Below the pieces are notes generated by a model, which worked only from the letters and a program-made list of their open reading frames with translations, did no database searches and was not told the origin of the DNA. A program made the translations under genes and the position numbers. Of a DNA stretch of 64,000 nucleotides, positions 1 to 11,716 are shown in pieces. Each line of letters starts with the position of its first letter. The stretch's first letter is position 1. The stretch comes from Octopus vulgaris (lineage: Eukaryota). The DNA lies in the NCBI GenBank assembly GCA_951406725.2, contig OX597821.1:117304001-117368000 (forward strand). The letters are read 5' to 3'.

Positions 1-288
1 GGTCGATAAATTAAGTACCAGTTACGCACTGAGGTCGATATAATCGACTTAATCCGTTTGTCTGTCCTTGCTTGTCCTCTCTGTGTTTAGCCCCTTGTGG
101 GTAGTAAAGAAATAGGTATTTCGTCTGCCGCTACTTCTCGGAGTTCAAAATCTGCCAAGGTCGACTTTGCCTTTCATCCTTTCGGGGTCAATAAATTAAA
201 TACCAGTTGTGTACTGGGGTTGATCTAATCGACTGGCCTCCTCCCCCAAAATTTCAGGCCTTGGGCCTAGAGTAGAAAAGAATATTAT
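1..288 (+). mobile_element. SINE family B, dimeric copy (5' part outside window)
   Basis: B-box-like GAGTTCAAA at about 141; central domain GTCGACTTTGCCTTTCATCCTTTCGGGGTC(G)ATAAATTAA(G)TACCAG present twice; 3' end ...GGCCTTGGGCCTAGAGTAGAAAAGAATATT. The same sequence recurs more than 15 times in the window. Confidence 0.85.
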
Positions 289-296
289 GATACTGA

Positions 297-730
297 GCAT
301 GTGTGTATATGTGTCTATGTATGTGTGTGTGTGTGTATTTGCGTGAGTATATATGTGCATGTATGTATGTATATGTACATTTGTGTGAATATATATACGT
401 GTACATGTGCGTGTATATATGTGTGTATATATATATATAATATATATGTATATTTATGTGTACATGTGCGTGTATAAGTGTATATATGTATATTGGTGTA
501 TATATATATGTGTGTGTGCATGTATATATGTATGTATATTTGTGTGAATATATATGTGTACATGCATGTGTGTGTGTATATATACATACATACATATAAC
601 AAAAAAACTAGTAGCTACAAAATGAAGCATATTGCTGTTTGTCATGAATCATTTAAAAATGTGTGTGTGTAAGTGTGTGTGTGTGTGTGTGTGTGTGTAA
701 GTGTGTGTGTGTGTGTAAGTGTGTGCGTGC
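297..730. repeat. Compound (TG)n/(TA)n microsatellite
   Basis: Seen directly; explains ORFs 254..672. Confidence 0.95.
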
Positions 731-1255
731 TTCGGAGTAGATGAAATTGCAACCACACCTGTTACATACCCCAACTCATTCTCCTATTTAAACAACGTAG
801 TTAAGTGTATTTGGGACCAGTGCCAAATGTGGTCAAAACAAAACAAAACAAAATAAGTAAATAAATAAACAAAACAGAGGATGCTGATGATAAGCGAGAT
901 GCAAGCTAGATTCTAATTTTACTTATTCGTTTACCAATGGAAGGAGACCGACCATCCATTGCATCACTTTTGTACATCATTGTACCAGATACGATGCGGG
1001 GTGCAGCACAGGGAGAAAGAGAGGGCAGGGTGATATAACAAGCTGATATTTGATCTGTGCGACTGTAACATGAATCTGATGAAAATAGCTTCGTTAGAGA
1101 ATACTGGTTAATTACCCACTTCACAGGAGGAACAGTTTGTTTTGCTTTGCCTTTACAGCAGCACACTGGGGTTTGCTCACTTGTCAAGGGCAGCTACGGG
1201 TTGATTGCTGTGATGATATATTGCAGGCGACATTTTCAAACAAATTTCAAGCATT

Positions 1256-1503
1256 AAGGCGCTGAGCTGACAGAATTGTTAGCACCCTGGGCAAAATGCT
1301 TAGCAGCATTTCATCTGTTTATGTTCAGAGTTCAAATTCCACCAAAGTCAACTTTGTCTTTTATCCATTTTTTTTTTTGGCGGTTGGGGGGGGGGGGGTG
1401 CTGTCCATGAAATAAATACCAGTTGAGCATTTGGGTTGATGTAATCAACTTACCCAGCCCCCCCCGAAATTGCTGGCCTTGTGCCAAAATTGGAAATGAA
1501 TAT
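1256..1503 (+). mobile_element. SINE family B
   Basis: AAGGCGCTGAGCTGACAGAATTGTTAGC head, GAGTTCAAATTCC B box, shared central domain. Confidence 0.8.
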
Positions 1504-2236
1504 TTTTCAAACAAATTCTAGGCTCTCATCATCATCACCATCACCATCATCATTTGAATGTCTAGGTTTCCATACTTGCATGGTTTGCATGGAATTTTTT
1601 GAGGTTGACTTTCAATGGCCAGATTCCCTTCTTGTTACCAACCGTCACCTGTTTTCCACTCAATGTAATATTTCCATATTGCCAGACATAATTTCATAGA
1701 ATAATGTAAACAAATGGTGTAGCTTGTATGTTAGTGACACTCATTTACAGCTTCACCATGATGATGACACAAGGAGACACAAATATACACACACTCAAAC
1801 ATGTATATACATAGACATATATCTATACACACACACATCTATCTTGTATCATACAGACAAGTAATATTTCGAACATAGTATAGCTGTGAAACAGCAAGAA
1901 GATTGGGCATTTTACGCTTATATGACAGAAAAAGTTGTCAGCTGACAGCCATGGGGTTTGAACCTGCACCTCCCAGACACTGGCTCTGTACTCTACCAAT
2001 TAAGCTAAACTGCTTGCTGACAAATAAGGGTAAAACACCCAAACTTTTTGCTGTTTTTTGGCTTTACTGTGTTTGAAAGATTACTTTTTTTTCTGCATCA
2101 TACAATACACATTCGACGCTTCCAAAAACAAAAAAGAAAAGCTTGTTTACACATATGTATGTATATATATATGTATAAATACATACATAATATGTATGTA
2201 TAATATATACACACACACACACACACACGCATATAT

Positions 2237-2645
2237 CATCATCATCATCGTTTAATGTCCGCTTTCCATGCTAGCATGGGATGGATGAATGACTGAGGGC
2301 TGGCGAACCAGATGGCTGCACCAGGCTTCAATCTTGATCTGGCAGAGTATCTACAGCTGGATGCCTTTCCTAACGCCAACCACTCCGAGAGTGTAGAGGG
2401 TGCTTTTACGTGCCACCGACACGGGGCCAGTCAGGCAGCACTGGCAACGACCCCGTTTGAACCTTTTACACATGCCACCAGCACAGATGCCAGTAAGGCG
2501 ATGCTGGTAACGATCATGCTCGGATGGTGTCGTTTACGTCCCACCGGCACGGAGGCTAGATAGCTGCTCTGGCAATAATCATGCTCGGGTGGTGCTCTCG
2601 GCACCCTGCTAGCATGCATGCCAGTCATCGAATTTGATTTTGATT
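2237..2645 (-). mobile_element. RTE-clade LINE 3' end (family C), 5'-truncated
   Basis: (CAT)n on + is a (GAT)n tail; family motif CTGGATGCC(C)TTCCTAACGCCAACCACTCC; repeated GTGC..GTGGCACGTAAAAGCACC modules. Linked to the RTE ORF C-terminus in the copy at 30514. Confidence 0.8.
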
Positions 2646-2659
2646 ATACCTATGTTTTA

Positions 2660-2975
2660 CCTTTTACTTGTTTCAGTCACTGACTTGTGGCTATCCTGGG
2701 GTCACTACTTTGAAGAATTTTAGCTGAACAAATTTATTTTTTTCTTTCAAGTCAGGTGCTTATTCTAATGGTCTCTTTTCCTCCAAACTGCTAAGTTGCC
2801 AGGATGTAACCACACCCACACACACACACATATGACAGGCTTCTTTCAGTTTCCATCTACCAAATACACTCACAAGGCTTTGGTTGGTCTGAGGCTATAG
2901 TGGAAGACAGTGGGATTGAACCCAGAACTATGTGTCTGAGAAGTAGACTTCTTACCACATAGCCACACCGGAGCC
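2660..2975 (-). mobile_element. SINE family A (tRNA head, internal microsatellite)
   Basis: Minus strand GTGGCTATGTGG A box and GGTTCAATCCC B box; matches the full copy at 26090-26528. Confidence 0.8.
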
Positions 2976-3099
2976 TATTAAATATATTATATTAAGATGG
3001 CAGGAGCAATTGTATTCATGTATACATGTACATACATGTATAGGAGGAGATAGGACAAAGTCAGAAACTGGAAAAGTAAGATGAACATTATCTGTTGTA

Positions 3100-3265
<166 letters not shown>

Positions 3266-3711
3266 AGAGAGTGTGTGACTGAGTGAGAGGGAGAGAGAGA
3301 GAGAGAAACAGGTAGAGTGACAAAACTAAAGAGAATGTAAAGATAGGGACAGATTAAGACTATTGTTATGAATGTTGTTATTTTTTTATTTTCATTGTTA
3401 TTCAGAGAGAAACTTTAGCCAAGACGAGAATAAAAGGCATTTCCGCTGACACAGTTTAGGTTACTTATTTGCTTGTTTCATTGTCATCATCTAATGTCTG
3501 TTTTTCATGCTGGCATGGGTTGGATGGCTTGACAGGAAGTGGTAAGCTGGAGAACTGCACCAAGCTCCAGTTGTCTGTTCTGATATGGTTTCTATGGATG
3601 GATACCCTTCCTAATTTGAACTCAGAACATAAAACACAGACAAAATGCTAGTAAGCATTTTGCCTGGTGTGCTAATGACTCAGCCAGCTCACCACCCTAA
3701 TAATAATAATA

Positions 3712-3741
<30 letters not shown>

Positions 3742-3744
<3 letters not shown>

Positions 3745-4805
3745 TTGTTTTGTCTTGGTATAAAAGATGGGCTACAGCAAATATTCTGCTCAATACCACA
3801 GATTTGCTTGTCAGTTGTTTGACCGTAACCAGTTGAGCATGTCCCTTAGTGGCTGACGATATGTGCATCTCTGATCACGAGCAGAAGTAGTGGGGGAGCA
3901 TCATAGCCATGTGTTGAGAGGGATTCTTTGGGTTTGAATAGTTCACCTCTGGAAACATGGGTGGTTCTTTCAACATCCTTAAACAACCCTTATTCAGGGA
4001 CTGTTTGAGCGGGATGGGCTACTCAACCTGAGAAAATTCTAACTGGGCCCCACCTGCAAGGTCATGTGCTGTTTATCTTGATATGAGATCACCATGTCGC
4101 GCACATATGGTTGTGATGCATGTGCCTGGTGTACGTTTATCAGACGGGTAGTCATGATGGGTATATTGGGCTTCGTATATTTTACCCCAGTGTCACTTTG
4201 ATGGTATGAACTGCTCTCTCACTCAATAATAATAATAATAATAATAAATGCCATGATGCAGTACCAGGCAGTGGCTCTCATGGCTTCTGATCTTAATTGA
4301 TTGGATGTGTTATCATGTACATTGTTTTGTCTTGGTATAAAAAGATGGGCTATAGCAAATATTCTGCTCAATACCACAGATTTGCTTGTCAGTTGTTTGA
4401 CCTTAACCAGTTGAGTATGTACCTTGTTAGCTGATGATATGTGTATCTCTGATCATGAACAGAAGTAGTGGGGGAGCATCATAGCCATGTTTTGAGAGGG
4501 ATTCTTTGAGGTTTGAATAATTCACCTTTGGAAATATGGGTGTTTTTCTCAACATCCTTAAACAGACCTTATTCAGGAAACTTCTGAGTGGGATGGGCTA
4601 CTCGACCTGAAGAAAATTCTAACTGGGCCCCACCTGCGAGTTCATGTGCTGTTTATCTTGATATGAAATCACCGTGTTGCGCACATGTGGTTGTGATGCA
4701 TGTGCCTGGTGTACCCTAATCAGACGGGTAGTCATGATGGGTATGATGGGCTTTGTATATTTTAGCCCAGTATCACTTTGATGGCATGCACTGCTCTCTC
4801 ACTCT
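3742..4805 (+). mobile_element. Two head-to-tail copies (about 485 and 560 bp) of a retroelement 3' end embedded in (TAA)n tracts (family F)
   Basis: Copies 3742-4225 and 4246-4805 share the same 3' end (...CTGCTCTCTCACTC followed by (TAA)n) and differ in 5' truncation; each is flanked by (TAA)n. Confidence 0.7.
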
Positions 4806-4835
<30 letters not shown>

Positions 4836-4836
<1 letters not shown>

Positions 4837-5370
4837 TCCTTCCTATTATAGGCACAAGGCCTGAAATTTGGCGGAGGGGGCAAGTCGATTACATCGACCC
4901 CAGTGCACAACTGGTATTTATTTTATTGACCTCAAAAGGATAAATGGCAAAGTCAACATCAGTGGAATTTGAACTCAGAACATAAAGATGGATGAAATGC
5001 TTAATGGTATTTTGCCCGGCTTGCTAACGGTTCTGCCAACTCACTACCCAAATAATAATAATAATAATCATACCAAGAGCACTCACAGAGTGCAAACCTC
5101 TGCCAAGGCAACACCAATGTCCTCTCAACGATTAGCCAGAAGTGATTTTTAAGATGAGAAGATCTGAAATAAACTTGAACACTCTCACAAACGAGAATAC
5201 TAAAAATGAATCCAAAAGGATGAAAGCAAAGTTGACCTCGGCGAAATTTGAACTCAGAACATAACAACAGACGAAATACCTATTTCTTTACTACCCACAA
5301 GGGGCTAAACACAGAGAGGACAAACAAGGACAGACAAACGGATTAAGTCGATTATATCAACCCCAGTGTA
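4836..5370 (-). mobile_element. SINE family B pieces (4836-5050, 5212-5370) flanking a HINE fragment (5073-5211)
   Basis: Family B domain on the minus strand; 5073-5211 matches the element at 28857, including hairpin GCACTC-ACA-GAGTGC and subTIR ACCTCTGCC. Confidence 0.75.
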
Positions 5371-5869
5371 GTATAAGTACTACACAGACTTTTAACAAGG
5401 CAGTATCAGTGCAGCATCTGACATACAAGTTGTAATTATTTGGGTCTTTGCATCCTGAGATCAAATGCCGCCAATGTCAACTATAACTTTCATCTTTCTG
5501 GGGTTAGCAAATAAACACCAGTCAAATTACTAAGGCAACATTCTCTCTCATTGAGTCAGCTATGAGAGGGTCGTTATGGACTACATACAGTGTCCATTTC
5601 CTGCAAAAAATAAAGGAAGATTCCTTCAGGTTCTAGCAATTTCTTGTCTAAGCATGCTATAAATATTGTCCAAAGATACCAGAAGACATGGTTAGATGTA
5701 GACGGCCCAATGTACTTTATGACATGAAATGATTAAAAAATATGATTTACTGTCTTTAGCAAATATTTACCAAGAATTTGATTATGAAGCATTTTGTTGA
5801 TACAATAACTGATCAAGATGTTAATGTTATTTGATATGAGAGCAGATTTGTTACATGTAGAGGCCATGT

Positions 5870-6180
5870 ATATGAGAGAGAGAGAGAGAGAGAGAGAGGA
5901 AGGAGGGAGAGAGAGAGGAGGGAGAGAGAGAGGAAGGAGGGAGAGAGAGGAGAGTGAGAGAGTGAACTCACTCTGGTGTATCAAGGCTGATCCATAGGGC
6001 AATAGGAAATACTTTTTCTAAATAAAGAGAGAGAGAGAGGAGAGAGGAGGGGAGGGAGAGAGAGAAGAGAGAGGAGGGAGAGAGAAGAGAGAGGAGGGAG
6101 AGAGGAGAGTGAGTGAACTCACTCTGGTGTATCAAGGCTGATCCATTGGGCAATTTGAAATAATTTTTTTCTAAATAAAC
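5870..6180. repeat. Tandem duplication of a unit of about 150 bp (GA-rich tract plus GTGAACTCACTCTGGTGTATCAAGGCTGATCCAT...)
   Basis: The unique core occurs at about 5960 and about 6113. Confidence 0.85.
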
Positions 6181-6291
6181 AGAACTCTTGTTATTGAGTG
6201 TTTTCTGTAACAATATCTTCTTGCTCAGGTTCAACTGGAGAGAGACAGTTCAGAATTCCATACAGATAAATATGTATCAACACATTAGAAA

Positions 6292-6686
6292 TACAGTTCT
6301 GTATTTAAGAGATGAGGAATTATGGACATTATTTACATTTGACAGATATTTGTCCTCATCTTGTTTGTTGTTAACACAACATTTCGGCTGATATACCCGC
6401 CAGCCTTCATCAGGTGTCTTGGGGAAATTTAAAACTTGGGTTCTCATTCCTAAGGTATTTTTCGATGTTATTATTATTATTATTATTTTTATTATTACTA
6501 TTATTATTATTCAGGTTGCTGCCTGGAATTGAACTCAGAATCTTGGGGTTAGTAGCCTGTGCTCTTAACCATTATGCCATATGTCCGTGGTCATATGGCT
6601 GGAGGGTATATCAACCTAAATGCTGTTTTAACAACAAACAAGATGAGGACAAATATTTGTCAAATGCTAATGTAAATAATGTACAT
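6292..6686 (-). mobile_element. tRNA-headed, hammerhead-containing short retroelement with inverted partial repeat (Penelope-like architecture)
   Basis: Minus strand order: tRNA-like head 6586-6514, (TAA)n, linker, hammerhead 6420-6373, 3' tail to 6292. Segment 6597-6686 is an inverted copy of about 6322-6405. Confidence 0.75.
6373..6420 (-). ncRNA. Minimal type I hammerhead ribozyme motif
   Basis: GACAC-CUGAUGA-A-GGCUG-(10 nt loop)-CAGCC-GAAA-UGUU-GUGUU: intact core, 5-bp stem II, stem I GACAC/GUGUU, stem III reduced to a decayed ACGU palindrome (ATGT). Confidence 0.8.
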
Positions 6687-6703
6687 TAGAGATATATATT
6701 TCA

Positions 6704-6901
6704 CTCTAATTGTCTCTCTCTTTCTCTCGCTAACTCTCTCCCACCTTGTCCTACTGGGGAGGGTTCTCTCTCTAATTGTCTCTCTCTTTCTCTCGCTAAC
6801 TCTCTCCCACCTTGTCCTACTGGGGAGGGTTCTCTCTCTAATTGTCTCTCTCTTTCTCTCGCTAACTCTCTCCCACCTTGTCCTACTGGGGAGGGTTCTC
6901 T
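6704..6901. repeat. 66-bp tandem repeat, three near-perfect copies
   Basis: Unit CTCTAATTGTCTCTCTC...GGGGAGGGTTCTCT repeated three times; explains ORF 6679..6987. Confidence 0.95.
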
Positions 6902-7020
6902 ATAGTAAGACCTTCAATCATACTCTAACCTCTCAACTGCTAAGTTACATGGATGTAAACACACCAATATTGGTTGTCAAGCATTAGTGGGGGACAAACA
7001 CAGATACGAAGCCACACACA

Positions 7021-7050
<30 letters not shown>

Positions 7051-7055
<5 letters not shown>

Positions 7056-8470
7056 TCGTGGCCGTTTGCCAGCTCTGTCTGGCCCCCGTGCCGGTGACAC
7101 GTAAAAGCACCATCCGTTTGTGGCCGTTTGCCAGCCCTGTCTGGCCCCCATGTCGGTGACATGTAAAAGCACCATCCGTTCGTGGCCGTTTGCCAGCTCT
7201 GTCTGGCCCCCATCCGTTCGTGGCCGTTTGCCAGCTCTGTCTGGCCCCCGTGCCGGTGACACGTAAAAGCACCATCCGTTCGTGGCCGTTTGCCAGCCCT
7301 GTCTGGCCCCCATCCGTTCGTGGCCGTTTGCCAGCTCTGTCTGGCCCCGTGCCGGTGACACGTAAAAGCACCATCCGTTTGTGGCTGTTTGCCAGCCCTG
7401 TCTGGCCCCCATCCGTTCGTGGCCGTTTGCCAGCTCTGTCTGGCCCCGTGCCGGTGACACGTAAAAGCACCATCCGTTCGTGGCCGTTTGCCAGCCCTGT
7501 CAGGCCCCCATCCGTTCGTGGCCGTTTGCCAGCTCTGTCTGGCCCCCGTGCCGGTGACACGTAAAAGCACCATCCGTTCGTGGCCGTTTGCCAGCCCTGT
7601 CTGGCCCCCATCCGTTCGTGGCCGTTTGCCAGCTCTGTCTGGCCCCGTGCCGGTGACACGTAAAAGCACCATCCGTTCGTGGCCGTTTGCCAGCCCTGTC
7701 TGGCCCCCATCCGTTCGTGGCCGTTTGCCAGCTCTGTCTGGCCCCCGTGCCGGTGACACGTAAAAGCACCATCCGTTCGTGGCCGTTTGCCAGCCCTGTC
7801 TGGCCCCCATGTCGGTGACATGTAAAAGCACCATCCGTTCGTGGCCGTTTGCCAGCCCTGTCTGGCCCCCATCCGTTCGTGGCCGTTTGCCAGCTCTGTC
7901 TGGCCCCCGTGCCGGTGACACGTAAAAGCACCATCCGTTTGTGGCCGTTTGCCAGCCCTGTCTGGCCCCCATGTCGGTGACATGTTAAAGCACCATCCGT
8001 TCGTGGCCGTTTGTCAGCCCTGTCTGGCCCCCATGTCGGTGGCATGTAAAAGCACCATCCGTTCGTGTCCGTTGCCAGCCTCGCCTGGCCCCCGTGCCGG
8101 TGACACGTAAAAGCAGCATCCGTTTCGTGGCCGTTTGCCAGCTCTGTCTGGCCCCCGTGTTGGTGGCACGTAAAAGCACCATCCGTTTGTGTCCGTTGCC
8201 AGCCTCGCCTGGCCCCTTGCCGGTGACACGTAAAAGCACCATCCGTCCGTGGCCGTTTGCCAGCTCTGTCTGGCACCTGTGCGGGTGGCACGTAAAAAGC
8301 ACCCACTACACTCACGGAGTGGTTGGCGTTAGGAAGGGCATCCAGCCGTAGAAACACTGCCAGATCTGACTGGGCCTGATGAAGCCTTCCAGCTTCACAG
8401 ACCCCAGTTGAACCGTCCAAGCCATGCTAGCATGGAGAACGGACGCTAAATGATGATGATGATGATGATG
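7051..8470 (+). mobile_element. RTE 3' end with its 3'UTR modules expanded into a GC-rich minisatellite of about 1.25 kb, inserted in the internal microsatellite of a family A SINE
   Basis: Array 7051-8300 of X (CATCCGTTCGTGGCCGTTTGCCAGCYCTGTCTGGCCCC) and Y (GTGCCGGTGACACGTAAAAGCAC) modules; normal family C terminus and (GAT)n tail 8300-8470; SINE A halves at 6905-7050 and 8470-8615. Confidence 0.85.
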
Positions 8471-8619
8471 ATATATATATGATGAGCTTCTTTCACTTTC
8501 TATCTACAGATCCACTCACAAGGTAATGATTGGCCTGAGGCTAAAGTAGGAGGCATTTGCCCAAGGTGCCATGCAGTGGGATGGAAGTTAGAAGAATGTG
8601 GTTATGAAGCAAGCTTGAT

Positions 8620-9060
8620 TTTGGGGAAGGGTGCTACTTTGGGCCTGAGAATTTAGGGAAGGATGCTAAGTTTGGGCCTGAGATTTTGGGGAAGGGTGCT
8701 TGTTTGGGCCTGAGAATTTGGGGAAGGGTGCTAGAAGAGTGTGAGCTTGTGCCTGAGATTTTGGAGAAGGGTACTAGAAGGGTGCTAAGTTTGGGCCTGA
8801 GATTTTGGGGAAGGGTGCTTGGTAATTACATTGACTCCAGTGCTCAACTGGTACTTATTTCATCAACTCCCAAAAGGATGAAAGGTAAAGTCAGCCTCAG
8901 CAGAATTTGAACTTCAAAGAAATGGTAAATAGCATTTTGTCCATTGTGCTAACGATTCTGCAAACTTGCTTCCTTAGTGAGCTGACCTTGACAGCATTTG
9001 AACTCAGAATGTAAAGAACTGGAAGAAATGCATGCTAATGATTCTGCTAGTTCATCACTT
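8620..9060 (-). repeat. About 30-40-bp tandem repeat (TTTGGGCCTGAGATTTTGGGGAAGGGTGCT) grown from the 3' end of a family B SINE
   Basis: About six units at 8620-8820 run directly into family B sequence 8820-9060. Confidence 0.7.
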
Positions 9061-9061
9061 T

Positions 9062-9610
9062 CACCCTTTAGCATTTAAACTGGCCATGTTGGCAAAAATT
9101 TTTGCGCGTTTCATGTTCAAACCAGCAGATCCAGCCTCTCACACAGACCCTTCAATGTTATTCTAAAAACAAACAATCACTGAACTCTCAAAGCTACAAA
9201 ATAATACATGATTAATTCAAAAACAATGTTAATAAGTAAGCATTACTGGGTAATCATCATCATCATTTAACGTCTGTTTTCCATGCTGGCATGGGTTGGA
9301 TGGTTTGACAGGAGCTGGCAACATGCCCCAAATGTCAGTTTTGGCAAAGGTTCTAAGGCTGGATGCCCTTCCTGATGCCAACCGCATTACATACTGTACT
9401 GGGTGCTTTTTACATGGAACCAGTTACAAGAATCTTATTATGTGACATCAGCACAGGTGCTTTTTAAGTGGCACCAGTGTGGGTGTTTCTTACGTGGCAC
9501 CAGTACGGGTGCTTTTTAAGTGGCACCAGTACGGGTGCTCTTTATGTGACACCAGAACAGGTGCTCTTTATGTGGCACCAGAACAGGTGCTCTTTATGTG
9601 ACACCAGAAC
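9062..9610. mobile_element. piggyBac-type MITE fragment followed by a family C RTE 3' end (minus) with 29-bp tandem modules
   Basis: CCCTTTAGCATTTAAAC start at about 9064; (CAT)n tail at 9255; GTGGCACCAG..GGTGCTYTTTAT repeats 9450-9610. Confidence 0.7.
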
Positions 9611-10284
9611 ATGTTTATAATGTAAAGAGACGACATCTTTTTCATCAGACAGAACACTGGTCAGCTTGTTCCGATGACCTGTTCATAAGTGTTTGGTATC
9701 CATTCTACAGCCAAGTAAATTGAAGCAATAAGCAATCTGTGTAAGAGGTCACTCCATCTGCTGAAAATAGCCAACAGAATTTGTTGAAGTAGGTTTTCAA
9801 CAGCTGGATGCTTATTTCCAAGCAAGGCAAATATATCTCCGTGTCCGGACTGAAAGATTAGAAAAACATGATATGACTTGTATGATGGTGAGGTTTGTTT
9901 ACAACTTTTGCATGACATCAAAATTAGGACACACGCACACACATGGAGAAATATAATATGGCGTGACAATGCAATGCAGTGAAGCATGCAAATACAAACT
10001 GGCTACCAGTTGAAATATGCTTCAGGTATATTCAAACCTGTAAGAAAGCCACTATATTTTGTCATGGAGAAAATTTCTTGCTGAAGACAAATAAGTGTAA
10101 ATATTCACAGCATAATAGGCTTTTTTCTGTTTATGTCAACCAAATTGATAAGATTTTGGTCAGTTTGGGGCCTATGGTAGAAAACACTTGGCTAAGGTGT
10201 CAAGCAGTGGGACTGAACCTGAAACCATGTAGTTGGGAAGTGAACTTCTTAACCATACTACAGCTATGCCTATCTTTCTCTTTC

Positions 10285-10339
10285 AATCTATCTATCTATC
10301 TAATCTACCTGCCTACCTACCTACTTACCTACCCACCTG

Positions 10340-10371
<32 letters not shown>

Positions 10372-10445
10372 ATCTACCTATCTATCTATCTATCTATCTA
10401 TCTAATCTACCTGCCTACCTACCCACCTGTCTATCTATCTATCTA

Positions 10446-10482
<37 letters not shown>

Positions 10483-10581
10483 ATGTGTGTGTCTGCGCAT
10501 TATGTCTATACTCTCAGTATAGAGTTACACCATTAGCAAATGTTTCGTTGTCATTCTCAAATGTACTTTAAAACAATAACT

Positions 10582-10619
<38 letters not shown>

Positions 10620-11159
10620 TATATACTTTCTGAAAATATCACATTACATAACATTTAATTATTCAGCTCCACCTTGGAATGGATAAATATATTGCTTATG
10701 ACAACAATGTTGTTCTTTAAATCTGTTCCAAGAAGTATATTGTACATATAAAAATACATTTGCATACATACATATCTATATTTCTCTGTCTGTGTGTCTC
10801 TATCTATCGGTTGTTAGAGAGATCTATCTATCTATCTATCTATCTATTTATCTAATATCTGTTGATCTGTCTATCTGTCGATTGATTGATCAATAGATCA
10901 ATTGAGCTATCTATCTGTCTGCCTGTCTGTCTGTCTATCTATATATCAATCCGTCTGTCTGTCTATCTATCTATCTATCCGTCTGTCTATCTATTTTCTA
11001 TCTATCTATTTATCTATCTAATATCTGTTGATCTGTCTATCTATCTGTCGATTGATTGATCAATAGATCAAAATATCTATCTATCTATCTCTATCTATCT
11101 GTTGATCAATCGACCTGTCTGTCTGTCTGTCTATCTATCTCTACCTGTCTGTCCATCCA

Positions 11160-11194
<35 letters not shown>

Positions 11195-11209
11195 CTACCT
11201 GTCTGTCCA

Positions 11210-11253
<44 letters not shown>

Positions 11254-11335
11254 TCCATCTGTCTATCTATTTATCTATCTATCCGTCTGTCTATCTATTT
11301 ATCTATCTATCCGTCTGTCTATCTATCTATCTACA
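10285..11335. repeat. (TCTA)n/(TCTG)n tetranucleotide fields with local duplication
   Basis: Seen directly at 10285-10480 and 10820-11335. Confidence 0.9.
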
Positions 11336-11716
11336 CACATAAACACTAACAAATGTAAAACACTAGGTTTCTTTCTTTTTTAAATCATGCATTTTAAATG
11401 CACCTGTGCAGTTTATGTTGCTATGCAACTATACATCTCAACTGCTGTACCCCACCCAGCTGTTTATGTTAACTGTAAAAGACTACTGACTTTCTTTTAG
11501 TGTTTGCTATATAAAATAAGTGAAGTAGGGTGTGTGTAAATGAATGGGGTACCACAAGTTGTTGTGACCAAACATGCATCGAAGAGAAGACGAGGAGGGT
11601 GTGATAATAAAAAGCAAAAGCAAAACAGATATAATCTAAGTTGTTACATAATAAAAATACACTCAAGAAGCTGTGCATTTATGTAATTCAGACGTACATC
11701 ATATATATATATATAT

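Noticed and set aside
254-672. ORFs rich in Y/I/H/T, and similar ORFs at 2952, 11056, 22542, 26932, 40516, 54967-56417, 56676 and 58892
   Set aside because: Translations of microsatellite or low-complexity DNA.
906-1187. 93-aa minus-strand ORF as a real exon
   Set aside because: Non-ATG start, an in-frame stop just upstream, no convincing splice pair and no recognisable domain.
5530-5600. Minus-strand acceptor TTTTTTGCAG at 5601 as a coding or micro-exon
   Set aside because: Only weak donors follow and there is no recognisable peptide; cannot be supported without RNA data.
8374-8390. CTGATGA matches at about 8376 and about 15305 as hammerhead cores
   Set aside because: These are point variants of family C sequence with no stem II or GAAA partner.
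6940-8420. Long ORFs (347, 331 and 306 aa) and CRISPR-like periodicity
   Set aside because: The ORFs are open in several frames because the GC-rich tandem modules lack stops. There are no unique spacers, and the array derives from an RTE 3'UTR in a eukaryotic context.
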